Part shown: piece by piece, positions 46,783-57,023 of the stretch
Layout of the letters: each line of letters begins with the position of its first letter
Numbering within the stretch: the stretch's first letter is position 1
Source of the DNA: an uncultured Leptospirales bacterium
GTDB taxonomy: Bacteria; Spirochaetota; UBA4802; UBA5550
Assembly: GCA_964450405.1 (NCBI GenBank)
Contig: CAYVCQ010000010.1
Coordinates: 69,610 to 133,609 of the forward strand
Length of the DNA stretch: 64,000 nucleotides
Reading direction: 5' to 3'
Translations under genes and position numbers: made by a program
Notes under the pieces: generated by a model
Seen by the model: the letters and a program-made list of their open reading frames with translations, nothing else
Told to the model about the DNA's origin: nothing
Database searches by the model: none

Positions 46783-47238
46783 ATGAAAAGAAATTATATA
46801 TTTACTAATGTATATCATATTGATAAAGAAGCGGAAGAGGTCTGGCGGAAGGTTGTCGATGTAGAATCATGGCCGGGCATCTGGAAGTACTTTCGGTATG
46901 TGGCTATTCAGGGGAATGAAAAGAATCTTCGATATGGAAGTATTATTCATTGCAGGGTAAGAGCCGCAATGTTTTATAAACTGGAATTTGCCGTAACGGT
47001 AAAAGAGATTGTTCCCTATGATAAATTGGTGGTTACGTGCAGCGGCGATCTTGAAGGGGAGGGAACCTGGCTCCTGAATAGTGACGGAGGCTCAGTGGAA
47101 TCACATTTTGAATGGAATGTTACAACAGATAATGTATTTTTAAAATTTATTGAGATGCTCCCTTTAGGTAGAAAATTTCTGCAGTTCAACCATAGAATAG
47201 TTATGGAAGAGGGCTACAGATCATTTCTCCGGGAGTAA
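46783..47238 (+). CDS. SRPBCC-superfamily (polyketide cyclase/START-like) small protein
   Basis: 151 aa with an alternating beta-rich pattern and conserved Trp residues typical of the Bet v1-like fold. Weak call. Confidence 0.4.
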   Translation: MKRNYIFTNVYHIDKEAEEVWRKVVDVESWPGIWKYFRYVAIQGNEKNLRYGSIIHCRVRAAMFYKLEFAVTVKEIVPYDKLVVTCSGDLEGEGTWLLNSDGGSVESHFEWNVTTDNVFLKFIEMLPLGRKFLQFNHRIVMEEGYRSFLRE

Positions 47239-47865
47239 AAATTTCTTTAATCCGGAAAGTGTTTTATAAGGTATAGTCCATCCTCCTAATCGTACCATAA
47301 AATCCGGTATCGTTCCCCCTGATTCACCTGCTACGGAAAACTTAACTTCTGTCAATCCCGGGTTGGTTTCTATAAGAGTGACCGTACTTGACATAGTGTA
47401 AATGCGCACATTTTCATTATTGACCGGTTTATATTTTTCAGCATCACCTTTTGGAAGAGCACTTATCGTGAAGGTAATTGTGCCTGATTCTTCAGCAGTT
47501 TTTATAATTACAACCGTATCTCTCCTGCTGACCGGCCATGGCGGAGCTGTGATATAGTATGCAATCTTATCGCCTGAGTTAGATCCTGCAAGTAACTCCG
47601 AGTGAATGCAGTCTGCCATCCAGTACCTATTTGCGGGTATGTCCAGAATTGCCTTCAATATAATATCAGCCGGTTTGTTTATTGTTGTAATTGCAAGAAA
47701 TTCGTAAATACCGTCAGTTACTCCTTCACGATGGAAAATTTTTATATCAGAGATAGTGCGGGAATATTTCCAGGGTTTATCATTTCTTAACGGATCAGTA
47801 AATGCCGATGAAAAAATCAGAAGGAATATAGTTAGAGTTAAATATTTTTTCATTAAGATATCCAC
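47221..47865 (-). CDS. Secreted START/lipid-binding-like domain protein
   Basis: Signal peptide. Helix-grip-like length and pattern (PWKYSRTISDIKIFHREG ... WMADCIHSELL). Weak call. Confidence 0.4.
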   Translation of the reverse strand: MDILMKKYLTLTIFLLIFSSAFTDPLRNDKPWKYSRTISDIKIFHREGVTDGIYEFLAITTINKPADIILKAILDIPANRYWMADCIHSELLAGSNSGDKIAYYITAPPWPVSRRDTVVIIKTAEESGTITFTISALPKGDAEKYKPVNNENVRIYTMSSTVTLIETNPGLTEVKFSVAGESGGTIPDFMVRLGGWTIPYKTLSGLKKFLLPEK

Positions 47866-48004
47866 ATTTGATTTAGTTACTTTATGCGTTTTTTATATAT
47901 AGTCATTAACCGTATCTCAACGGCCTATTAAATCCCCCGGAGTGGGACTTGAGTATTGAATTCATCATAGTAATAATTAAAATTGAAAGTTTTTATCAAC
48001 AATG

Positions 48005-48027
48005 CCTTGCCCCCTCCGGGGGCAAGG
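48005..48027 (-). terminator. GC hairpin (CCTTGCCCCC-TCC-GGGGGCAAGG) downstream of argG
   Basis: 10-bp perfect stem seen 66 nt after the argG stop on the minus strand. No strong U-tract. Confidence 0.4.
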
Positions 48028-48092
48028 CTGAAGTGATTGTTTAATTTGGACAGATTAAAATTAAGTCGGCTCCGGAGGTCGGGGCATCTGAA

Positions 48093-49304
48093 TTATTTTT
48101 TCTTTTTGTTTCTCAATAGAGATTCCACTTTGAGTGGAAGCCCGTAGATGTTAAGAAAACCTGTTGCATCTTTCTGATCGTAAAGTTTGCTCGCGTCAAA
48201 AGTTGCGATATCCGGTTCATAAAGAGTGTCTTCGGACTTTCTGCCCACCAGCGTGCAGTTTCCTTTATAAAGTTTTAATCTGACTACGCCGTTAACATAT
48301 TCCTGAGTCTTATTGATGAGCAGGTCAAGTGCCTCACGTTTTCTGCTGAACCATAAACCGTTATAAATCAGTCTGGAATACTCATTCGCAAGGTCATCCT
48401 TGAAATGCTGAGTGTCTCGATCTAGAGTGATCGACTCCAGATCGCGGTGTGCAATCATAAGAACCGTTCCTGCAGGAGTTTCATAAACACCTCGTGATTT
48501 TATTCCCACTAGTCTGTTCTCAACTATATCAACACGACCGATTCCGTTTTCGCCGGCAATTTTGTTAAGCTTCTTCATCAGTTCGACTGGTTTGAGCTTT
48601 TTCCCGTCGATTGCAACCGGTTCACCTCTTTTGAATTCGATCTCAATATACAAAGGTTTGTCCGGAGCTTTTTCTGGAGATTTTGTAAGGAGAAACATGC
48701 TCTCGTCAGGCTCACGGTACGGATTCTCCAGAATGCCTCCTTCGTATGAAATGTGCAGAATATTTCTATCCATGCTGTATGGTTTGTCCTTGGTTACCGG
48801 TAGTGGTATATTGTGTTTCTCGGCGTAATCGAAGAGTTTTGATCTTGAATCGAGTTCCCATTCTCTCCATGGTGCAATAATCTGAAGATCAGGAGCGAGA
48901 GATTTGAACGCCATCTCGAATCGCACCTGGTCATTACCTTTGCCGGTTGCGCCATGACACACAGCATCAGCCTTCTCTCTTCTTGCTATCTCAATCTGAC
49001 GTTTTGCAATTACAGGGCGCGCCAGAGAGGTGCCAAGAAGATATCTGTCTTCATAAATTGCATTAGCTTTTATAGCCTGGAATATATAGTCTGTAACAAA
49101 CTCTTCGGTAAGATCTTCGATGTAGCATTTGCTGGCACCGGTTTTTTTTGCTTTTGCCTTAAGCCCGTCCAGCTCCTCCTCCTGTCCGATGTCTGCAGCG
49201 TATGCAATTACTTCACAGTCATAAGTCTCAACCAGCCATTTGAGTATTATCGATGTGTCCAGTCCGCCGGAATATGCAAGTACAACTTTTTTTATTTTTT
49301 TCAT
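48093..49304 (-). CDS. argG: Argininosuccinate synthase
   Basis: N-terminal PP-loop ([12 protein letters not shown]), a length of about 400 aa, and conserved ArgG motifs throughout. Confidence 0.9.
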   Translation of the reverse strand: MKKIKKVVLAYSGGLDTSIILKWLVETYDCEVIAYAADIGQEEELDGLKAKAKKTGASKCYIEDLTEEFVTDYIFQAIKANAIYEDRYLLGTSLARPVIAKRQIEIARREKADAVCHGATGKGNDQVRFEMAFKSLAPDLQIIAPWREWELDSRSKLFDYAEKHNIPLPVTKDKPYSMDRNILHISYEGGILENPYREPDESMFLLTKSPEKAPDKPLYIEIEFKRGEPVAIDGKKLKPVELMKKLNKIAGENGIGRVDIVENRLVGIKSRGVYETPAGTVLMIAHRDLESITLDRDTQHFKDDLANEYSRLIYNGLWFSRKREALDLLINKTQEYVNGVVRLKLYKGNCTLVGRKSEDTLYEPDIATFDASKLYDQKDATGFLNIYGLPLKVESLLRNKKKK

Positions 49305-49321
49305 TTATATGTTCCTCTCTT

Positions 49322-50275
49322 TTATTTCCCCATCAGTGCGCAGAGTACTGCTTTCTGGCAGTGCAGTCTGTTCTCCGCCTGATCAAATATTATTGATTGT
49401 TTTCCGTCCATAACCTCGCCGGTTATCTCTTCCCCTCTGTGTGCTGGAAGACAGTGGAGAACTTTTGTATCTTTACCGGTTTTATTCAGGAGATTTGTAT
49501 CTACAATATATTTTGAAAAAATCTTTTTTCTCTTCGCGGCTTCTTTCTCCTGTCCCATGCTAACCCACACATCTGTATAAATATAATCTGCCCCTTCAAC
49601 GGCTTTGTCAATATCATTTGTGATAACGATCTTTGAATATGAATTTGCAGCCAGCTTATAGGCCTTTTCAACTATTGCCATTTCAGGTTCAAATTTTTTC
49701 GGACAGGCGATTGTAATATCTGTGCCGAGTATCGCCGCACCCATAAGGAGAGAGTTTGCTACATTGTTTCCATCCCCAATGTAAGTGAGCTTAACTTTTG
49801 CGATATCTTTCTCTCTCTCGAAAATAGTAAAGTAATCTGCCAGTGCCTGGCATGGATGATACGAGTCTGTCAGTCCGTTTACTACGGGAATATCCGCATG
49901 CTTTGCAAGCTCTACAACTTTATCGTGAGCGAAAGTTCTTATCATAATACCGTCATTGTACCTGGAAAGAACTTTTGCCGTGTCAGCAATTGTTTCACCA
50001 CGTCCAAGCTGAATTTCATTACTGCTGAGAAAAAGTGCGTGTCCGCCAAGCTGAAGCATTCCGGTTTCAAAGGATACTCTTGTGCGTGTGGAGTTTTTTT
50101 CAAAGATCATTGCCAGAGTTTTGTTCTCAAGCACTTTTCTGAATTTACCTTTCTTTACCTCTTTCTTAAGAGAAGCTGAACATTCGAAGAGTCTGAATAT
50201 ATCATCTCTCGACAGGTCTGCAAGTGTAAGAAAATCTTCAGTGCTTATTCGAGGAATTTTCATATGATTCACCAT
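49322..50275 (-). CDS. argF: Ornithine carbamoyltransferase
   Basis: Carbamoyl-phosphate-binding STRTRVSFE. Ornithine-binding DxxxSMG (VWVSMGQE) and HCLPAHRGEE. Confidence 0.88.
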   Translation of the reverse strand: MVNHMKIPRISTEDFLTLADLSRDDIFRLFECSASLKKEVKKGKFRKVLENKTLAMIFEKNSTRTRVSFETGMLQLGGHALFLSSNEIQLGRGETIADTAKVLSRYNDGIMIRTFAHDKVVELAKHADIPVVNGLTDSYHPCQALADYFTIFEREKDIAKVKLTYIGDGNNVANSLLMGAAILGTDITIACPKKFEPEMAIVEKAYKLAANSYSKIVITNDIDKAVEGADYIYTDVWVSMGQEKEAAKRKKIFSKYIVDTNLLNKTGKDTKVLHCLPAHRGEEITGEVMDGKQSIIFDQAENRLHCQKAVLCALMGK

Positions 50276-51476
50276 TCTTTAAAATTAATTTTTCAAAAAT
50301 ATCCATACCCTCTTCGAGAGTCTTCATACTTATGTTCAGAGGGGGCATTATTCTTATAACGTTTCCGGCTACACAGTTTAAAATTAGTTTCTCTTCGAGT
50401 GCATCTTTAACAAACTGTTTGCCCTCTTCAGCTATTTCAACTCCGATGTGAAGTCCCATTCCCCGAAGACTCTTTATGTAACCGGTCTTCTGTTTAATCT
50501 TTTTCAGTCTGTCGAACATGTAGTTTGATGACGCATTGACAGATAATACAAACTGTTTCTTTTTTACTTCATTTAATACAGCTGAAGCGGCTGCGCATGC
50601 AAGATGATTGCCACCGAATGTTGTTCCATGCGTCCCCTGCGGAAGATGTTCCGAGAGAAAATTTTTTGCATGAATTGCACCGATGGGAACACCGCCGCCG
50701 AGACCCTTCGCCAGTGTGAGAATATCCGGTGTAACATTAAAGTGCTGGTGAACATAAGTCTGACCGGTTCTTCCAATGCCGGTCTGAACCTCGTCGATGA
50801 TTGTAAGTATTCCCTTCTGGTTGCAGGTTTCAAAAATCTCTCTTACAAAATCGGCATCGGCAACATTGATTCCGCTTTCACCCTGTATAAGCTCAAGCAT
50901 TACCGCCGCTATATGTTTATCGTGCTTTAATATTTTTCTGATCGCTTTTTTATTGTTGTATGGCGCATATATAAAACCTGGAACTATAGGTCCGAATCCT
51001 CCATGAATTTTTGTCTGTGCAGTGGCGGACATCGATCCGAAAGTTCTTCCATGAAATGAGCCTGTAAAGGTTACTATCTTATATTTTTTTCTGTGAATGC
51101 TTAATCCGTAACGTCTAGCGAGTTTTATAGCAGCTTCATTGGCTTCGGTCCCGCTGTTCACGAAGAGAGACTTTCCCGGAAATGAAGTTTCCGAGATGAG
51201 TTTTGCGGTTTCAATCTGTTCCTGATTTAAAAACAGGTTTGATGAGTGAATTAACTTGTCGATCTGACCGTGAAGCGCCTTCTGATATGACTTATCAGAA
51301 TATCCAAGAGCGGATACAGCAATGCCCGATAAAAAATCGACATATTTTTTATTATCCTGATCGTAGAGATATGAACCGTCACCCTTTACAAATGAAACCG
51401 GGAGTCTATCTCCGTAATTCTGGAAAAGAAACTCTTTGTCGTCGTTCATAATTTTTGTAAGTTTTGATGAACCCAC
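50238..51476 (-). CDS. argD: Acetylornithine aminotransferase (class III PLP aminotransferase)
   Basis: PLP-enzyme motifs (GSFHGRT, DEVQTGIGRTG, TLAKGLGGGVPIGA). It sits in an operon with argF-argG. Its stop overlaps the annotated argF start by 38 nt. Confidence 0.8.
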   Translation of the reverse strand: MGSSKLTKIMNDDKEFLFQNYGDRLPVSFVKGDGSYLYDQDNKKYVDFLSGIAVSALGYSDKSYQKALHGQIDKLIHSSNLFLNQEQIETAKLISETSFPGKSLFVNSGTEANEAAIKLARRYGLSIHRKKYKIVTFTGSFHGRTFGSMSATAQTKIHGGFGPIVPGFIYAPYNNKKAIRKILKHDKHIAAVMLELIQGESGINVADADFVREIFETCNQKGILTIIDEVQTGIGRTGQTYVHQHFNVTPDILTLAKGLGGGVPIGAIHAKNFLSEHLPQGTHGTTFGGNHLACAAASAVLNEVKKKQFVLSVNASSNYMFDRLKKIKQKTGYIKSLRGMGLHIGVEIAEEGKQFVKDALEEKLILNCVAGNVIRIMPPLNISMKTLEEGMDIFEKLILKNGESYENSSNKH

Positions 51477-51538
51477 TTTTTAACTCCGTTTAGAAAAGAT
51501 TAAGAATGCTTTGACTCTCTGATTCTGAAAACACATAT

Positions 51539-51570
51539 AACTCCCGCTCGATTAAATCAGTCGGGAGTTG
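51539..51570 (-). promoter_or_regulatory. Hairpin (AACTCCCG ... CGGGAGTT, 15-nt loop) in the argD leader
   Basis: Seen 60-95 nt upstream of the argD start on the minus strand. A neighbouring 7-bp inverted repeat AAATCAA...TTGATTT is also present. Confidence 0.3.
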
Positions 51571-51720
51571 TAAATCAACACAGATGTATTTATAAAGTAT
51601 TGATTTTATCGGGATTTTGCTGTCAATTATTAAAATAAAAACGGTGGAAATTTACCGGTATCTACTTATAAATCCCCCCGTTTCACTCCGTTCAACATTC
51701 CCCTTTGGTTAAAGGGGGTT

Positions 51721-51759
51721 AAAAAATCCAACAGGTAAAACCCCCTTTAACAAAGGGGG
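51721..51759 (-). terminator. Intrinsic terminator for rsmI (CCCCCTTT-GTTA-AAGGGGG followed by a T-tract on the minus strand)
   Basis: Hairpin plus U-run on the coding strand about 110 nt after the rsmI stop. A second similar hairpin CCCCTTTGGTTAAAGGGG lies at 51700-51717. Confidence 0.5.
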
Positions 51760-51867
51760 TAGCCTACAGGCCGGTGGATTTTTAGTTTATTAACATGACG
51801 AAATTTGTGCTTAATTTTATCAAGTTTTGTTTTTCAAGTTTAATATATGAGTTATAAAGTGGGAGCA

Positions 51868-52587
51868 TCAGTCATCCTCTCCGTCGTCATCATCTCTGAA
51901 TTTAAGATCCTTGTTGAGTATCCCTATTGCAAACTCACCCTTTTCTGTTAATTTATCAATAATGGAGGTCATGCAGTCGGCGTTGAAACTGATATATTCC
52001 TCAAATTTTTTTGTCATCTCTCTCCCTATTACAATTTCCTTTCCGGGAAAGACTTCACCTACATCTTTGAGAGTTTTTTTTATTCTGTGGGGAGATTCAT
52101 AAATCATTATAATTCCTTCATGTGTTTTAAGCCTGTTGAGTTCGTTAACTCTCTTCCCCGGTTTTTTACTTAAAAATCCGCCGAAGAGAACTGTTTTCTC
52201 TGGAAATCCTGAAACTGAAATAAGTGTTGTCAGTGCAGAAACTCCCGGAACCGGGATTACGTTTATACCCTCTTTCCGCGCCATGGATACAATTTTGCTT
52301 CCGGGATCAGAGAGTCCCGGAGTTCCAGAGTCGGTCATATAACCTATATTGATATTATTCTTTACTTCATCGATGAGCGACAGAATTTTCCTGTCATCGG
52401 AATGCATATGCAATGAACGGAGAGGTTTGTTTATGCCGTGATGCGAAAGTATCCGCGCGGTCTGCCGTGTGTCTTCACAGTAGATTATCGCAACAGTCTC
52501 TTTTATTATACGGAGAGCCCGGAGTGTGATATCTTCGGGATTTCCAATTGGTGCTGCTATAATGTAGAGAGATGCACTTTCGGTCAT
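51868..52587 (-). CDS. rsmI: 16S rRNA (cytidine1402-2'-O)-methyltransferase RsmI
   Basis: Tetrapyrrole-methylase-fold motifs (LYIIAAPIGNPEDITLRAL, SDAGTPG-like GTPGLSDPG). Confidence 0.8.
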   Translation of the reverse strand: MTESASLYIIAAPIGNPEDITLRALRIIKETVAIIYCEDTRQTARILSHHGINKPLRSLHMHSDDRKILSLIDEVKNNINIGYMTDSGTPGLSDPGSKIVSMARKEGINVIPVPGVSALTTLISVSGFPEKTVLFGGFLSKKPGKRVNELNRLKTHEGIIMIYESPHRIKKTLKDVGEVFPGKEIVIGREMTKKFEEYISFNADCMTSIIDKLTEKGEFAIGILNKDLKFRDDDDGEDD

Positions 52588-52809
52588 ATTGTTTTCCTCT
52601 TTATAATTGTACTAAACGAACCTCACTTATGTTTCTGTCTGCCATGTCATAAAATAGAAAGGTGTGAGGTTTAATTATTTTTCATTCTTAATTTGAGATG
52701 AAGGTTTATTTCTGGCAATGCTTTTTTATTCTATGAATTTAATTTGATATTAAATCATTTATTATTATTATAATAGTATAGTTTCTTAATCTAGTATCTC
52801 AAAAAAACA

Positions 52810-55800
52810 GTGATATTCTCTCCATCGCGAGGGAGAGGAATAGTTTATGAGTGCGTACGTTTCTTAACGTTTAAAGGCGGTGGACCTTTGCTTGATCAAC
52901 ACACATTACGTATAATTAATGCAATTAATGTCCCGGTTCTTGTAACGGATGAATCGGGTATTATACTGGCAGGCAATAAATCTGCAGTCAGTTTTTTTCA
53001 TCAGGATAATTTAACCGGAACAGGTATACTTGAGTTTATACCGTCGATAATTTTTGAGGGAAACAGCCGGATTCTTTCGCTCAAAGAAGGTGAGGATTGT
53101 TATTTTTTTGGTGTAGAAGCTAAGGTAAATGGCAAGATCAGGGAAACGGATCTGGATGTTGTTCTTTTTGAAAGCGGAGAACACCGTATATATATCTGCA
53201 CAATACAGGATATTACAATCTATTCAGAGCTGATGAATAGTATAAATAAATTCAGCACGATAATTGAGAACAGCCCCGCTTCTGTTTTAATAACTGATAC
53301 TGATGGAAATATTGAATTTGTAAATAGTAATTTTCAGCAGCTTACCGGATACAGTTATGATGAGCTGACAGGTTCAAATATCAGTATGCTCGGCTCTCAT
53401 TTTCAGAAGAAAGAGTTCAGAAAAAGTATAAGGGAGAGTCTTAAAGAGGGAGATAAATGGAAAGGGGAGCTTCTTAATATTACTAAGAATGGAACACCCT
53501 ATTGGGTGATAGCAACAATCGCGCCGATTTTCAATAAAAACAATGAGATAGCTAATTATATATCTATTCAGGAGGATATAACCTACCTGAAAAAAATTGA
53601 AGAGGAATTAAAACAGTCGGAAGAGAAGTTCAGAGTTGTATTTGAGACTCTTCCCGAGGGCATTGCGGTTACCGATCTTTCTGGTGTTATAATTCAGGTT
53701 AACCAGGCATATATGAATATTCACGGGCATGACGTCAGAGGAGAGCTTGTCGGTAAAAACATATACGACGTTGCCGATGAAAAGATGAGTATTCTTTTAC
53801 ATTCACTTTTTGAAAAGGCCGGGAAAAACGGTTACAGTGAAATTGTAAGTTACGAAATAATTAATAACGGCAAAGTCTATGTTGAGCTGCAGGCGGCATT
53901 AATGACCGGCGGAAAAGGTCCAATCGGTTATGTTATACTGGCGGCGGATCATACAGTGAGAAGAAAAGCTGAGATTGCTCTCCGCGAGAGTGAAGCAAAA
54001 AACCGCGCCCTTATCGAAGCTGTTCCGGATATAATGTTCAGAGTAAACAATCAGGGAATATACCTGGATAAAATGCTGGGCACTAAAATAAGCGAGGTAT
54101 TTCCTGAAAGTATCGCGGTTGATTCGGTGCGATATATCTCGGCAGCTATTACGTCACGGGAGATACAGATTTTTGAATATCCGGTTGTATCTGCCGGAAA
54201 GAATGAATTTTATGAATCGAGATTTATTGCAATTGAAGATGATGAAGTGCTGATAATCCTCCGCAATGTAACTGAAAGACATACTGCCATGATGCAGATT
54301 GAAGATGCGCGCCGTGAAGCCGAACTTGCGAACCGTTCCAAAAGTGAATTCCTCGCCAATATGAGTCATGAAATTCGAACACCTCTTCATAGTATAACTG
54401 GATTTATAGAACTTCTAATGCGCGGCAGACTTGATGAAGATCAGCGGGAATATCTTGGTATAATAAATAAAAGCGCTTCAAATCTACTCGGGATAATCAA
54501 CGACATTCTGGATTTTTCAAAAATCGAGAGCCACAAACTTGAATTAAATAAAATAGAATTCAATCCCTTTACCGAATTTGAGTCTGTGGTGAGACTCTTT
54601 TCCATAAAAGCACGCGAGAAGGGGATGAAATTTTTTGCTTTCATTGATCCGGGGATACCCGAGGGTATTATTTCAGATCCGCTCCGGATTAAACAGGTGC
54701 TCTCCAATCTTTTAAGTAATGCTATTAAGTTTACTCCAGAAGACGGTGTTGTAATAGTTGAAATTAATCTATCGAGAAATAAGGATGGATTCTGTCTGAT
54801 TAATTTTTCAGTAACTGATACCGGAATAGGAATTCCTGAACGAAAACAGAAGCAGATATTTGAAGCATTTGCACAGGCCGACAGTTCAATCACCCGGCGC
54901 TTCGGCGGGACCGGTCTTGGTCTAAGTATAAGCACCAGTCTGGTACGGCTGCTCGGGAGTGAAATTGTCCTTGAGAGTTCAATGGGGGTGGGGAGTAAAT
55001 TTTATTTTACTCTGGAAGCTGAAGTTACAATTGATTCTTCTCCTGCGGAATTAATCAGAAAATCATATATTAAGGCATCGGTTATAACCGGGGATGCCGG
55101 GGACCATTCGTTTAAATATCTCTATGCATATCTTACAGCATGCGGCTGCGCAATACAAGTCTTTGAGAGCATCCCGCCGGCAGCCGGACAAGAGAGCGAT
55201 GTTGTATTTATCATCAAACCATCCTTGCCGCTGTATAATGTGTCAGTTGAAGATATTAAAAATCTGAAATCTCCGGTAATTGCAGTAGCAGATGGTGATG
55301 AAACAGATGATTATACTCCTGATGTTAAGATGCTTTTTTTTGAAAAACTAAGTCATCCTTTATCACCTGAAATTATATTTAAAACCTTATCCGAAGTTGC
55401 AGATTTAAACCGACCTCAGAACATTATATATGGTGAAACTGAAGAGCATATAAATTTAAAATTTTCAGGAAAAATTCTGGTAGGTGAGGATAACAGTATT
55501 AATCAGAAACTTATGATGCTGCTTCTGAAAGATTATGGACTGGAGGTCGATCTTGCCGGCAACGGACTTGCAGTTTTTGAAAAATTCAGCAAAAACAGAT
55601 ATGATCTTATACTGATGGATATAAATATGCCTGTTGCAGACGGTATTGAAACGGCCCATATGATACGTGAATATGAAATTGAAAATGGATCTGGTGCTAC
55701 ACCGATTGTTGCACTCACGGCAAAGGCACTAAAGGGTGATCGTGAGATGATAGATCAAAGCGGAATGAATGATTATCTTTCAAAACCGATAGAAATGGAT

Positions 55801-56217
55801 AAACTGGAGGCAGTACTGCTCAAATACCTCCCTTGTATAAAACGGGAAAAACAATCCGATCATCTTATGAGAAATGATGCTGATTCAGCATCTGTCGTTT
55901 ATTATGATTTGAAGAAAACCGCAGCCGAGTTGAAAATTCCGGTAAATGTTCTTTTGAATATAGGGCGGGATTTTTTTGAGGACACAATGAAAGCTATTGA
56001 TGATATCCGGGTGGCAGTTGAATCAGATACATATAAAGAGATTACCGCTTTTTCTCACAAAATTAGGGGAGCATCGGCAAATTTAAGATTTGTGAAACTA
56101 ACGGAATTTTTCTCGGAGCTCGAGGAGAATTCTTTGAAATCTGAAAATAATTTTGATTATTCCGCAATGCTTGATATTATATTAAATGAAATAGATCTTC
56201 TTAAAAAATATTTCTAG
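52810..56217 (+). CDS. Hybrid sensor histidine kinase: multiple PAS/PAC, HisKA, HATPase_c, receiver and C-terminal HPt domains
   Basis: H-box EFLANMSHEIRTPL. G-boxes (DTGIGIP, GTGLGLSI). REC (ILVGEDNSINQKLMMLLL ... DLILMDINMPVADGIE). HPt (SHKIRGASANL). The start codon is uncertain: GTG at 52810 or a downstream TTG/ATG. Confidence 0.85.
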   Translation: MIFSPSRGRGIVYECVRFLTFKGGGPLLDQHTLRIINAINVPVLVTDESGIILAGNKSAVSFFHQDNLTGTGILEFIPSIIFEGNSRILSLKEGEDCYFFGVEAKVNGKIRETDLDVVLFESGEHRIYICTIQDITIYSELMNSINKFSTIIENSPASVLITDTDGNIEFVNSNFQQLTGYSYDELTGSNISMLGSHFQKKEFRKSIRESLKEGDKWKGELLNITKNGTPYWVIATIAPIFNKNNEIANYISIQEDITYLKKIEEELKQSEEKFRVVFETLPEGIAVTDLSGVIIQVNQAYMNIHGHDVRGELVGKNIYDVADEKMSILLHSLFEKAGKNGYSEIVSYEIINNGKVYVELQAALMTGGKGPIGYVILAADHTVRRKAEIALRESEAKNRALIEAVPDIMFRVNNQGIYLDKMLGTKISEVFPESIAVDSVRYISAAITSREIQIFEYPVVSAGKNEFYESRFIAIEDDEVLIILRNVTERHTAMMQIEDARREAELANRSKSEFLANMSHEIRTPLHSITGFIELLMRGRLDEDQREYLGIINKSASNLLGIINDILDFSKIESHKLELNKIEFNPFTEFESVVRLFSIKAREKGMKFFAFIDPGIPEGIISDPLRIKQVLSNLLSNAIKFTPEDGVVIVEINLSRNKDGFCLINFSVTDTGIGIPERKQKQIFEAFAQADSSITRRFGGTGLGLSISTSLVRLLGSEIVLESSMGVGSKFYFTLEAEVTIDSSPAELIRKSYIKASVITGDAGDHSFKYLYAYLTACGCAIQVFESIPPAAGQESDVVFIIKPSLPLYNVSVEDIKNLKSPVIAVADGDETDDYTPDVKMLFFEKLSHPLSPEIIFKTLSEVADLNRPQNIIYGETEEHINLKFSGKILVGEDNSINQKLMMLLLKDYGLEVDLAGNGLAVFEKFSKNRYDLILMDINMPVADGIETAHMIREYEIENGSGATPIVALTAKALKGDREMIDQSGMNDYLSKPIEMDKLEAVLLKYLPCIKREKQSDHLMRNDADSASVVYYDLKKTAAELKIPVNVLLNIGRDFFEDTMKAIDDIRVAVESDTYKEITAFSHKIRGASANLRFVKLTEFFSELEENSLKSENNFDYSAMLDIILNEIDLLKKYF

Positions 56218-56244
56218 AGTGGTTATAGTAACAGGGAGTTTAAT

Positions 56245-56979
56245 ATGCATACAGTTCTTGCAATTGATGATGATAAGACAACATTGGGAATTCTTGAATC
56301 TCAGCTTAACGGATTGGGATATAGAGTCTTTACAGAGAGAGCTGCCGTAAAGGGTCTGGAAATCGCAAAGGGATTCAACCCTGATGTTATACTTCTTGAT
56401 CTGAATATGCCGGTTATGGATGGTTTCGCTGTGCTCGGTGCTTTAAGACGGGATAAGGAAACACGGGATATTCCGGTTATAATGTTAACATCAAACAAAG
56501 AGAAGGAGACAGTAGTTGAAGCAATGCGTCATGGAATTGTTGATTATATTGTCAAACCGCACAATCCGGATAAACTCAACCTTAAGATTCGTGCTGCAAT
56601 TAATTATGGCGGAATGAAAAAGCAGCAGAATACAGATGTATTTATAGAGATCAGCAGAAAGGGGGAGATGTCCGTAATTGTAATGAGAGGGAGTATAAAC
56701 GAAAAGGGATTCCAGAGGGATGTGAAAACTGTATTTAATAATTTTTTCATGAAGCAGATTCATGGGAAAATATGTATTTTTGATATAAGAAATGTTGGAG
56801 AAATGCAGAAACAGGATATTGAAGAGTTCGTGAACATCGTCAATATGTTTTCCGGTACCACAAAAAAGATAGTGGCCGGCAGACATTACGGTGCAATAGT
56901 AGCATCGACAAACCTTGAGGAGATAGCAGAACTATTTCTCTCATTCGGAGATCTTGAGCTTGAAATGAATACTGAATAA
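56245..56979 (+). CDS. Response regulator: CheY-like receiver plus a C-terminal ~120-aa STAS-like domain
   Basis: REC motifs (LAIDDD ... DVILLDLNMPVMDGF ... IMLTS ... K). The C-terminal region fits a STAS-like alpha/beta pattern (inference only). It lies 27 nt downstream of the hybrid kinase. Confidence 0.7.
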   Translation: MHTVLAIDDDKTTLGILESQLNGLGYRVFTERAAVKGLEIAKGFNPDVILLDLNMPVMDGFAVLGALRRDKETRDIPVIMLTSNKEKETVVEAMRHGIVDYIVKPHNPDKLNLKIRAAINYGGMKKQQNTDVFIEISRKGEMSVIVMRGSINEKGFQRDVKTVFNNFFMKQIHGKICIFDIRNVGEMQKQDIEEFVNIVNMFSGTTKKIVAGRHYGAIVASTNLEEIAELFLSFGDLELEMNTE

Positions 56980-57023
56980 CATAATCTGTTGACACAAAAA
57001 ACCCCCGTTGTATCTTTTGCATT

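Noticed and set aside
49856-51451. Plus-strand ORFs inside the argF/argD region (49856-50179, 50082-50267, 50604-50930, 50797-51006, 51203-51451)
   Set aside because: They are antisense to strongly supported arg genes. Shadow ORFs.
51477-51640. ArgR (ARG box) operator upstream of argD
   Set aside because: The palindromes present (AAATCAA..TTGATTT, CTCCCG..CGGGAG) do not match the TNTGAATWWWWATTCANW consensus well enough to call without a position weight matrix.
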